Assembly (NCBI GenBank): GCA_043822705.1
Contig: JBDRBK010000088.1
Location: 1-22,799, forward strand
Source of the DNA: Fidelibacterota bacterium
Lineage (GTDB): Bacteria; Fidelibacterota; Marinisomatia; Marinisomatales; TCS56
Direction: 5' to 3'
DNA length: 22,799 bases
Part shown: in pieces, positions 1-8,015 of the stretch
Layout: every line of letters starts with the position of its first letter
How positions within the stretch are numbered: position 1 is the first letter of the stretch
Translations under genes and position numbers: made by a program
Notes under the pieces: generated by a model
Databases searched by the model: none
What the model was told of the DNA's origin: nothing
What the model saw: the letters and a program-made list of their open reading frames with translations, nothing else

Positions 1-1
1 G

Positions 2-250
2 GCCCGGAATTACCCGAACCCGTTCAATCCCTCCACCACGATCGGTTACGCTTTGCCGGAAGCCGGAATGGTGACGGTGAAAATCTACAACCTGCTGGGC
101 GCGGAAGTTGCGACGCTGGCCAACGGATTCCGTGAAGCAGGCCGCTACAGCGTACGCTGGCAGGCGAACAATATGTCCAGCGGCGTTTACCTGGTGCAAA
201 TGCGCGCCGGAGATTTCAGCCAGACTCGTAAGATCATGTTGATGAAATAA
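2..250 (+). CDS. C-terminal end of a secreted protein with a T9SS type A-like (Por secretion tail / FlgD Ig-like) sorting domain; 5'-truncated by the window
   Basis: Frame 2 is open from base 2 and reads ARNYPNPFNPSTTIGYALPEAGMVTVKIYNLLGAEVATL...MSSGVYLVQM...TRKIMLMK*. It has the NYPNPFNP, IYNLLG and SGVY signatures and a terminal K-x-x-x-x-K. The ORF-track TTG start at 53 is internal. Confidence 0.92.
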   Translation, partial: ARNYPNPFNPSTTIGYALPEAGMVTVKIYNLLGAEVATLANGFREAGRYSVRWQANNMSSGVYLVQMRAGDFSQTRKIMLMK

Positions 251-271
251 ACTCAGCAGCGGTCTTTGCGT

Positions 272-309
272 AAAAAATGGCGGACAGGTGACTGTTCGCC
301 ATTTTTTTT
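272..309 (+). terminator. Intrinsic terminator, potentially bidirectional
   Basis: AAAAAATGGCGGACAG-GTGA-CTGTTCGCCATTTTTTTT: a stem with one G-U pair, a GNRA tetraloop and a T8 tail, 21 nt after the stop at 250. Confidence 0.9.
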
Positions 310-337
310 GAATCGGAACCGGCAACGGATGTAATTT
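308..337 (+). promoter_or_regulatory. Possible sigma70-type promoter for the PAP2-glycosidase cluster
   Basis: TTGAAT (308-313), 18-nt spacer, TAATTT (332-337), between the terminator and the PAP2 start. The match to consensus is weak. Confidence 0.25.
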
Positions 338-350
338 AAACCGTCCGTTC

Positions 351-1136
351 ATGATGATCGGATCGTCATCCGGGAAGACTATATTGAGAACAATGCTTTT
401 ACTTCTGGTACTGCTACCGCTGCAGGTCGGATTCGCGACCGATTCGATCGATCAGACATCCGTTAGCGCTCACCTGCGCGATGTGCCCGGACGCTTCCTT
501 GACGGACTGAACCATACCGTAAACGACCCGGTCAACCGGAATATCATGTTGGCTTCAACATTGTTGGCGCTGGCAGCCCTTCCGTTTGATGAGCGGGTTT
601 CGGATGGTACGATAACCGCCGCGCCACTGACGGATGCCCTGGCCCGTTTCTGCGATCATTATGGTCATGGCTGGGCCGGCGTCGGGCTGGGCGGCTGGCT
701 GGTGCTGACCGGCATGACTGATCCGGTAGCAGCCGCATATCGACTGGAATTCGCCGCCCTGGCACTGGCGACCACCTATCAGACCACTGCTTTTTTAAAA
801 TGGGCCGTCGGACGTGAACGCCCTTCCGGGAACAACCGGCGCTCATTTCCCTCCGGACACACTTCCCACAGCTTCGTGGTCGCGACAGTAATAGATGAAA
901 TCTATGGTCATCGGGCCGGAATACCGGCCTACGGAATTGCCGCATTGGTAGCAACGAGCCGGGTTCAGGCCGCTGCCCATTACCCCAGCGATGTTCTGTT
1001 CGGGGCCGGGGTGGGAACGATTATCGGCCGGGGATTCGGACAAATCTATCGGGCTGAAAGAAGTCGCTCGGCCGATACTGTCAGTTGGTCGCTGGTGCCG
1101 CTGGGATCATCTTTAACCGTCATTCTGGAATTTTAA
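351..1136 (+). CDS. PAP2-family (type 2 phosphatidic acid phosphatase-like) membrane phosphatase with an N-terminal signal-like segment
   Basis: All three PAP2 motifs are intact: K-X6-RP (KWAVGRERP), PSGH and SR-X5-H-X3-D (SRVQAAAHYPSD). Hydrophobic N-terminus MLLLLVLLPLQVGFA. Alternative start at ATG 393. Confidence 0.9.
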   Translation: MMIGSSSGKTILRTMLLLLVLLPLQVGFATDSIDQTSVSAHLRDVPGRFLDGLNHTVNDPVNRNIMLASTLLALAALPFDERVSDGTITAAPLTDALARFCDHYGHGWAGVGLGGWLVLTGMTDPVAAAYRLEFAALALATTYQTTAFLKWAVGRERPSGNNRRSFPSGHTSHSFVVATVIDEIYGHRAGIPAYGIAALVATSRVQAAAHYPSDVLFGAGVGTIIGRGFGQIYRAERSRSADTVSWSLVPLGSSLTVILEF

Positions 1137-1161
1137 CAATTTATTTTCAGGAATAATCGCT

Positions 1162-2796
1162 ATGCCGGACGTCTGGTGGAAATCAGGGATAATTTATCAG
1201 ATTTATCCCCGCAGCTTCAGTGACAGCAACGGCGATGGTATCGGCGATCTGTCGGGAATCATTGGGAAACTGGATTACCTGAATGACGGAACGACCGTCT
1301 CACTGGGTGTGGATGCGATCTGGCTCAGTCCGGTTTATCCTTCGCCACAGGTTGATTTCGGTTACGATGTCGCCGACTACTGCGCTATTGACCCGCTGTT
1401 CGGCGACCTGACCATTTTCAGTGAACTGGTGCAGCAAGCTCATGAACGAGGAATCCGGATAATCATGGATCTGGTACTCAACCATACTTCCGATCAGCAT
1501 CCCTGGTTTATCGAATCCCGCTCCACGCTGACCAATCCCCGGCGGGACTGGTATATCTGGCGCTCCGCCCACAAAGGCGGTCCGCCCAATAACTGGGGCA
1601 GTTATTTCGGCGGTTCGGCCTGGCGCTGGGACGAACATACCGGGCAATATTATCTGGCCATGTTCACTCCCGAACAGCCCGACCTGAACTGGCGCAACCC
1701 GGCGGTGCGCAAAGCATTACTGGCCGTGGTGCGTTTCTGGCTCGATCTGGGCGTGGACGGCTTCCGTCTGGATGTCTTCAACCAATATTACAAGGATGCC
1801 GAATTCCGTTCCAATCCCCGGACCTTCAATCCTCTGGGACTGGTGTACCGTTTTTGGGGCCAGCAACATGTTTATGACCGCGATCAGCCCGAAATGTACC
1901 AGGCTTTGACGCAATTGCGGCAGTTGGTTGATTCCTACCCGGAGCGGATGCTGGTGGGCGAGACATCCGATCAAGGTAATTTTATGAAGGCCATTGATTA
2001 TTACGGTCACAACAATGATGGCCTCCATCTGGCGTTCAGCTTCGATTTTTTGCATTCGCGCTGGAGACCGGGCGATTTCCGGCGGGCGATCCGTAAATGG
2101 GAGGATAATCTGCCGCAATGGGCCTGGCCGACCTACGTTCTCAGCAATCACGATGTGTCGCGGCATTTCAGCCGCTATGGCCGGGGCCGGTGGGCGCAGG
2201 CGCGGGCTAAAATCGCCGCCACGCTGCTGTTGACCCTGCGCGGCACACCGACCCTGTATTACGGCGAGGAACTGGGACAGGCCGACATCAGACTGTCACG
2301 GAAACAAATCCTGGATCCGCCCGGCCGGCGCTTCTGGCCGATATACAAAGGCCGCGATGGCTGCCGGGCGCCGATGCAATGGGATCGTTCACCGCGGGCC
2401 GGCTTCACCACCGGCGATCCCTGGCTGCCGGTCAATTCCGATTACATGCTCAAGAATATCGCCATGGCCGACACCGATCCCGATTCGCTGCTGAATTTTT
2501 ACCGCCGGCTGATCTGGCTGCGGAAGCAGACTCCGGCCCTGCATTCCGGGCGGCTTGCTTTGATCGACGACGACCACCGACACCTGCTGGCCTACCAGCG
2601 GTTCGACGATTCGACGGAGATTCTGATCATCCTGAATTTTTCGCAGCGCTGGCAGCAATTAGCACTGACGGTTGAGTCGCGGCTCGAAGTGCTGCTGGGT
2701 AGCCACTGGCAGGCAAGTGAGTGTTTCACGGCCGGGACCATCGACCTGCGACCGCACGAGATTATTATCGCCAAAAAACTTGTTGAAGGGGAATAA
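1162..2796 (+). CDS. GH13 alpha-glucosidase / oligo-1,6-glucosidase-like enzyme
   Basis: Motifs WWK..IIYQIYPRSF.DSNGDGIGDL, DLVLNHTSDQHPWF, QPDLN (oligo-1,6-glucosidase subfamily signature), GFRLDV (nucleophile Asp), LVGE (acid/base Glu), SNHD and GRDGCRAPMQW. No signal peptide. Confidence 0.93.
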   Translation: MPDVWWKSGIIYQIYPRSFSDSNGDGIGDLSGIIGKLDYLNDGTTVSLGVDAIWLSPVYPSPQVDFGYDVADYCAIDPLFGDLTIFSELVQQAHERGIRIIMDLVLNHTSDQHPWFIESRSTLTNPRRDWYIWRSAHKGGPPNNWGSYFGGSAWRWDEHTGQYYLAMFTPEQPDLNWRNPAVRKALLAVVRFWLDLGVDGFRLDVFNQYYKDAEFRSNPRTFNPLGLVYRFWGQQHVYDRDQPEMYQALTQLRQLVDSYPERMLVGETSDQGNFMKAIDYYGHNNDGLHLAFSFDFLHSRWRPGDFRRAIRKWEDNLPQWAWPTYVLSNHDVSRHFSRYGRGRWAQARAKIAATLLLTLRGTPTLYYGEELGQADIRLSRKQILDPPGRRFWPIYKGRDGCRAPMQWDRSPRAGFTTGDPWLPVNSDYMLKNIAMADTDPDSLLNFYRRLIWLRKQTPALHSGRLALIDDDHRHLLAYQRFDDSTEILIILNFSQRWQQLALTVESRLEVLLGSHWQASECFTAGTIDLRPHEIIIAKKLVEGE

Positions 2797-2798
2797 GC

Positions 2799-4130
2799 AT
2801 GGAAAAATCATCGGGCTTCAAAGGCCGTGAGCTTTATGCCGTCACGTTGCTGGCCGTAATTAACCTGTTCCTGTTCGCCGACCAGAATCTGATGGCGCCC
2901 AACCTGACCCAGATCGCCCACCAGTTCGGTTTCAGCGATACCGAACGCGACCTGCTGTTAGGCGGCAATATTTCTTTTGTCTTCTGGATTCTGGGCGGGA
3001 TCGTGTCGCTGGGGATCGGCTACCTGACCGATCTGATCTCCCGGCGGAACCTGTTCGTGATCGTGGTGCTGATCGGGGAAATTCCCTGCCTGCTGACCGG
3101 TTATGCCGAAACCTACACACAGTTGTACTGGTTGCGGGCCCTGACCGGTATCGGTATCGGCGGCGCTTTACCGCTGACGTATTCGCTGGTGGGCGATTAT
3201 TTTTCCCATCGTAACCGCGCCGCCGCCGCTGGCTGGCTGGGTCTAGCCCAGGGGATGGGCATTGCCGTGGGCCAACTGACGGCGGGTTTCGTGGGACCGG
3301 TGGCGGGCTGGCGACTGCCTTTCATCCTGGTGGCGTTGCCGAATTTCGTACTGGGGATTCTCTTCTGGTTGACAATCCGGGAGCCGGAACGCGGCCGCAC
3401 CGAGGACAGTCTGCGGGACTTGATCGACCGCGGCCACGCCTATGCCAGCCGGATCAACTGGCGGGAATACCGCAACCTGTTCAAAATCCGTACTAATCTG
3501 CTGGTCTTTCTGCAGGGCGTACCGGGCACGGTTCCCTGGGGCGTGTTTTTCATCTTCCTGAACGATTTTTATTCCCAGGACAAGGGTTTCAGCGTGGAAA
3601 CGGCGACCCTGATCGTGATGGTGGTGGGAGCGGCTGCTATTTTCGGTTCCTTTTTTGGCGGCCTGGCCGGTAACTGGCTGTACAACCGGCAACCGCAATT
3701 TTTACCGATTCTGAGCGGTACTTCGACACTGCTGGGCATCATTCCGATGGCGATCCTGATCAATTACCCGTCGCAGATCGGTGTTGAAAATCCGTCCACA
3801 TTACTGCCGATGCTGATCGGTTTTGTCACCGGCTTTACGATTTCGATTACCGGACCCAATGTACGGGCCATGCTGCTGAACGTCAACTCTCCGGAAACCC
3901 GCGGCTCGATTTTTTCATTGTACAACCTGGCCGACGATCTAGGTAAGGGCTTCGGTCCGGTCATTATCAGCCTGCTGATTCTGGGCTGCGGACGCCTGTG
4001 GGCCTTCAATATTGCCAACCTGTTCTGGCTGTTCTGCGGCGTTATCCTGCTGCTGATGGCGTCTGTTTTCCCGAAGGACATGCAGGCGTTGAACGAGTTG
4101 CTGGAGCGCCGCGCCCGGGAATTGACCTGA
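2799..4130 (+). CDS. MFS transporter, spinster-like
   Basis: About 12 hydrophobic segments, MFS motif A (GYLTDLISRR), GWRLPF before TM6 and EPERG after TM6. Starts 2 nt after the GH13 stop. Confidence 0.88.
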   Translation: MEKSSGFKGRELYAVTLLAVINLFLFADQNLMAPNLTQIAHQFGFSDTERDLLLGGNISFVFWILGGIVSLGIGYLTDLISRRNLFVIVVLIGEIPCLLTGYAETYTQLYWLRALTGIGIGGALPLTYSLVGDYFSHRNRAAAAGWLGLAQGMGIAVGQLTAGFVGPVAGWRLPFILVALPNFVLGILFWLTIREPERGRTEDSLRDLIDRGHAYASRINWREYRNLFKIRTNLLVFLQGVPGTVPWGVFFIFLNDFYSQDKGFSVETATLIVMVVGAAAIFGSFFGGLAGNWLYNRQPQFLPILSGTSTLLGIIPMAILINYPSQIGVENPSTLLPMLIGFVTGFTISITGPNVRAMLLNVNSPETRGSIFSLYNLADDLGKGFGPVIISLLILGCGRLWAFNIANLFWLFCGVILLLMASVFPKDMQALNELLERRARELT

Positions 4131-4137
4131 TCCACCC

Positions 4138-6348
4138 ATGCCACCGAAAATCGATTACAATCGCGACCAGAACGAATTCCTCCTGACCGGCGTCCGGCCC
4201 CGGCCGCTGCTGTTTACGATCAACGTCAATTATACCATCAACCTGCCCCCGGCGGAAATCCCCAGGGGAACGCGGTCCGAATTCCAGCCGGTCCCCGGTG
4301 GTTGGCGGATCGAAATGCCGGAGATCGCCATCGATCTGAACTGGCAGGTGGTCGGTGACGGCGTGGAAATCATCCTGAAGCTGGAAAACCGGGCCGCCAA
4401 GCCGATCCTGTTACAGAACATCGTGCCGGCCAATTTCAAGCTGATCGACTGGGGTCTGGAGCTGGAACGGCACCGGTTTTATCAGCATGGCTACCAAAGC
4501 TGGTCGCCCTGCCGGCCGCTGGCGGCGGACAGCGTGCAGGAGTATCCGCGCCTGAAATCTTTCGCCCTGATGAACCAGAATGTGGATTCACCATTCTGGG
4601 GCCGCCACGACGGCCTGCTCTCCAGCTTGTTTACGGTACTGAGCGGTAATGCTGCTGAACCGGACCTGCTGCTTGGATTCACGGAACAGCGCAGCGGGTC
4701 AGGAGAATTTTTCCTGCGGAATCACGGACCGGTCCAGCTCACGGCATTTCTGGATTACAGCGCCAAGCTGCTGGCACCTGGTCAACGACTGGTCACCGAA
4801 GCATTGCTGGTCACAGTAGGTCCGGCGGACGCGATCGTGAATGATTACATGGCGCGGCTGGGACAAAAAATGCAGGCCCGGGTCGGTGAAAAGAGTCCGG
4901 CGGGCTGGTGTTCGTGGTACGAATTTTATACCGCGGTCAGTGAACGGAATTTGCTCGATAATGTGGCCGCCTTGGAGAAGAATCGCGATCTGGGCGTTGA
5001 GTTGGTGCAACTGGATGATGGCTACCAGACCGCCGTTGGTGACTGGCTGTCGCTGAATAAAAAATTCCCGGGTGGACTGGAAAATCTGGCAGCGGAAATC
5101 AAAAACCGCGGATTCCGGGCCGGTATCTGGCTGGCGCCGTTTTTAGCGACCAGGAATTCCCGTCTGTATCGGGAGCACCCGGACTGGTTCCTGCAGGACG
5201 CCAAAGGCCGGCCGGTCGATTGTGGCTTCAATCCGGCCTGGAAGGCACGCGCCTGCGCCATCGACCTGACCCATCCCGAGGTGGAAGTCTGGCTGCGGAG
5301 CATTTTTCAGCATTTAGTCGACTGGGGCTTCGATTATTTCAAGATCGATTTCATCTTCGCCGGCCTGCGCTCCGGGAAACGCCGGCGACCGGAATTTTCT
5401 CCCCTGGAAACTTACCGCCACGGGTTGCAGATTATCCGGGACACGATCGGCGACCGGTTCCTGCTCGGTTGCGGGGCACCGCTCGGTCCCTCGGTTGGGT
5501 ATGTGGATGCCTTGCGGATTTCCGAGGACGTGAAGGAAGTCTGGCACAGTCCGCTGTGGGAATGGCTGGGGCGCGGCTGCGGTGTACCGTCGGCGCGGAG
5601 CAGTCTGCGCAATAACCTGCAGCGCCATTTCACGCACCGCCGGCTGTGGCTGAACGATCCCGATTGCCTGCTGGTGCGGGATCGCAACACCCGCCTCAAT
5701 CCCGACGAGGCCCGCACGCTGGTCACCATTTTGGGCCTGACCGGTGGGATGCTGTTCCTCAGCGACAACCTGTCCCGGCTCAGCCGCGAGCGGTTGGACT
5801 GGGTCCGGGCGGTTCTGCCACCCGGTGATTTGACGGGCCGCCCCGAGGACCAGTTCCGCCACGAATACCCGGCGGCTTTCCGCGTCACCGGAAGCCGGAA
5901 CGCGGTGCTGGCGCTGGTCAACTGGCGGAATAAACGGGCGGTTTTCGATCTGGCTGATTACGTGCAGCCGGACGAACTGCTGTTCGATTTCTGGCAGGAA
6001 AAATTCTGGGAGCGTACTCGGATCGGCCTGCCTGCCCACGGGACGCTGGCGTTGCAAGTCTGCCGGCGATCGGTCATTCCGGCACTGGTAGCCAGCGATC
6101 TGCACCTGACCGCCCTGGCTGACGAACGGATCACAGCGGTGTTTGACGAACAGCATGGTACGCTGACAGTAACCGGCCGGGATTTGGCCCGGACTACGGG
6201 AAGATTGTGGATAGTGGTACCGGCGGGATTCACCTACCTGTCGGCTACGCAGGACGGCCGCAACCTGGTGATAGAATCCTGGGCGGAGGGAGTAGTGCTG
6301 CCGATTGACCGGCCCGCACCCTGGAGTTTGCTGATTAAATTTGTTTGA
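4138..6348 (+). CDS. GH36 alpha-galactosidase (Thermotoga GalA-like)
   Basis: Motifs GYQSWS, GWCSWY, QLDDGYQ..GDW, GIWLAPF, YFKIDF (nucleophile), RISEDV (acid/base) and WLNDPDCL. No signal peptide. Confidence 0.9.
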   Translation: MPPKIDYNRDQNEFLLTGVRPRPLLFTINVNYTINLPPAEIPRGTRSEFQPVPGGWRIEMPEIAIDLNWQVVGDGVEIILKLENRAAKPILLQNIVPANFKLIDWGLELERHRFYQHGYQSWSPCRPLAADSVQEYPRLKSFALMNQNVDSPFWGRHDGLLSSLFTVLSGNAAEPDLLLGFTEQRSGSGEFFLRNHGPVQLTAFLDYSAKLLAPGQRLVTEALLVTVGPADAIVNDYMARLGQKMQARVGEKSPAGWCSWYEFYTAVSERNLLDNVAALEKNRDLGVELVQLDDGYQTAVGDWLSLNKKFPGGLENLAAEIKNRGFRAGIWLAPFLATRNSRLYREHPDWFLQDAKGRPVDCGFNPAWKARACAIDLTHPEVEVWLRSIFQHLVDWGFDYFKIDFIFAGLRSGKRRRPEFSPLETYRHGLQIIRDTIGDRFLLGCGAPLGPSVGYVDALRISEDVKEVWHSPLWEWLGRGCGVPSARSSLRNNLQRHFTHRRLWLNDPDCLLVRDRNTRLNPDEARTLVTILGLTGGMLFLSDNLSRLSRERLDWVRAVLPPGDLTGRPEDQFRHEYPAAFRVTGSRNAVLALVNWRNKRAVFDLADYVQPDELLFDFWQEKFWERTRIGLPAHGTLALQVCRRSVIPALVASDLHLTALADERITAVFDEQHGTLTVTGRDLARTTGRLWIVVPAGFTYLSATQDGRNLVIESWAEGVVLPIDRPAPWSLLIKFV

Positions 6349-6381
6349 TTGAATTACCAATATGGGACTACCGAGGAGTTT

Positions 6382-7776
6382 ATGGATTTCATTATCGGAT
6401 TGATTTTTCTGGCGGCAGGCTATGCCGTGGTGGTGCTGTATTTACGCGTTCGTGACCCAGAGCTGCACTGGAACTGGGATCGGATCGATACAGCTGATCT
6501 GGAATTTCCCGCCGGGTTTATCTGGGGCGCCGCCACCGCCGCCCATCAGGTGGAAGGTGGTTGCGACAACAACAATTGGTATCAATGGGAACGGTCTCGG
6601 GACGATCAGGGTCGACCGCGGATTAAGAATGGAGACCAGTCCGAGGCCGCCTGCGAGCACTGGACCCGTTACCACGAAGATATCGGCCGGTTGCAGGATT
6701 TGGGCCTGAGCGGTTATCGCTTTTCGCTGGAATGGAGCAAAATCGAACCGGAACCAGGCCGGTTTGATATTGATGCGATGCGGCACTATTCTGAGTTGAT
6801 CGATGACCTGAAATCAGCCGGGATCGAACCAATGATTACGTTGTACCATTTCACCCAGCCAGTCTGGTTCAGTGATTTGGGCGGTTTTGAAAAAGCCGAA
6901 AACATCGACTATTTCCAGCGCTTCTGCGAACGTGTGTTTATCGAATTCAGCGGTCGCGTCAACAAATGGTGCACAATCAACGAGATCGAGGTCGAGGCCA
7001 GCGAAAGTTATTTTGTCGGCGCCTGGTCGCCGGGACAAAAAAATGGTCAATTGATGGGCCAGGTCATGCGGAACCTGCTGGAAGCCCATGTACGCGTATT
7101 CCGCGCGCTCAAACTGCTGCCCAACGGCGAGCGGGCCCGGATCGGGCTGGTAAAAAATATATTTCAGTTCGATCCCTGGCGGACCTGGCACCTGCTGGAC
7201 AATCTGGCGGGCAGGATCATGAACCGGGTATTCAACGACTCGATCATCACTTTTTTCAGGACCGGCCGCTTCCGCCTGTTCATTCCGGGGTTGGTCAACG
7301 TACGTCATACCAACCATTATGCGCGCTCCGCCAATGATTTCATCGGATTGAATTACTATTCCCACATGCCGGTAAAATTCCGCTGGCATCCGGCTAATTT
7401 TTTCGAGTTCCGGCTGCGTCCCGAAGAAACACCCACCGATATGAATTACACCATTTACCCGGAGGGATTCTACCGGGCGTTGAAGTCGATTGCCGGGATG
7501 GGGCTGCCGGTCTATGTCACCGAAAACGGATTGGCCGATGCCCGTGATGACCGTCGGGAAATGTTCATCCGGCGCTATATCTACTGCCTGTCCCGGGCGT
7601 TGCGCCTCGGAGTCGATGTTCGCGGCTATTATTACTGGAGCCTGCTCGATAATTTTGAGTGGGCCGAGGGCTACGCCATGAAATTCGGATTGTACGCCGT
7701 TGACTTTACTACGCAGCAGCGGACGCTGCGGGCCGGGGCTGAAGCCTATCGGGAAATCGTGGAACTCCATGGCTGA
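6382..7776 (+). CDS. GH1 beta-glycosidase (beta-glucosidase/galactosidase) with an N-terminal transmembrane anchor
   Basis: Motifs FPAGFIWGAATAAHQVEG, YRFSLEWSKIEP, TLYHF, TINE (acid/base), GLNYY, YVTENG (nucleophile) and WSLLDNFEWAEG. ATG 6382 follows GAGGAG (6373-6378) and is preferred over the TTG at 6349. Confidence 0.93.
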   Translation: MDFIIGLIFLAAGYAVVVLYLRVRDPELHWNWDRIDTADLEFPAGFIWGAATAAHQVEGGCDNNNWYQWERSRDDQGRPRIKNGDQSEAACEHWTRYHEDIGRLQDLGLSGYRFSLEWSKIEPEPGRFDIDAMRHYSELIDDLKSAGIEPMITLYHFTQPVWFSDLGGFEKAENIDYFQRFCERVFIEFSGRVNKWCTINEIEVEASESYFVGAWSPGQKNGQLMGQVMRNLLEAHVRVFRALKLLPNGERARIGLVKNIFQFDPWRTWHLLDNLAGRIMNRVFNDSIITFFRTGRFRLFIPGLVNVRHTNHYARSANDFIGLNYYSHMPVKFRWHPANFFEFRLRPEETPTDMNYTIYPEGFYRALKSIAGMGLPVYVTENGLADARDDRREMFIRRYIYCLSRALRLGVDVRGYYYWSLLDNFEWAEGYAMKFGLYAVDFTTQQRTLRAGAEAYREIVELHG

Positions 7777-7911
7777 AACAGTAGTACCGGTCCTGCTGCC
7801 GGCGACCGGTGACAAGGTGACGGTGGTGGAGACTGCCAACTGCTGCGAACTAGTGGATTCAATACACCGTATGATCTGGATCGGGTGGAAATTGTGATCG
7901 CCAGTCGATAG
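7769..7911 (+). pseudogene. Possible degraded C-terminal remnant of a GlmU/MobA-like nucleotidyltransferase
   Basis: Frame 2 gives ETVVPVLLPATGDKVTVVETANCCEL. Joined by a 1-nt shift near 7850, frame 1 continues GFNTPYDLDRVEIVIASR* (TAG 7909-7911). This resembles the G.KV......E..G.NT..DL ending of NTP-transferase domains, judged by eye only. Confidence 0.3.
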
Positions 7912-8015
7912 TCTGACAACGGTATAATAATTGGTCGGTTTTATATTTCAGACGGCCCGACCGCCTACAGATTATATCGGCTCAGCAGTAATCGTAACCC
8001 TATACCTGAATATTT

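Noticed and set aside
5314..6360. 348-aa - strand ORF
   Set aside because: Antisense to the well-supported GH36 gene, with no family features.
6814..7839. 341-aa - strand ORF
   Set aside because: Antisense shadow of GH1, with no motifs.
7700..7897. 65-aa ORF (or 42 aa from ATG 7769) as an intact small gene
   Set aside because: It overlaps the GH1 end and has no clear RBS. It is better explained as part of a frameshifted remnant, or as noise.
7923..7962. Perfect TATAAT at 7923-7928 and a GGTCGG/CCGACC inverted pair
   Set aside because: No usable -35 element and no + strand gene downstream. The hairpin has only a 6-bp stem, a long loop and no U-tract.
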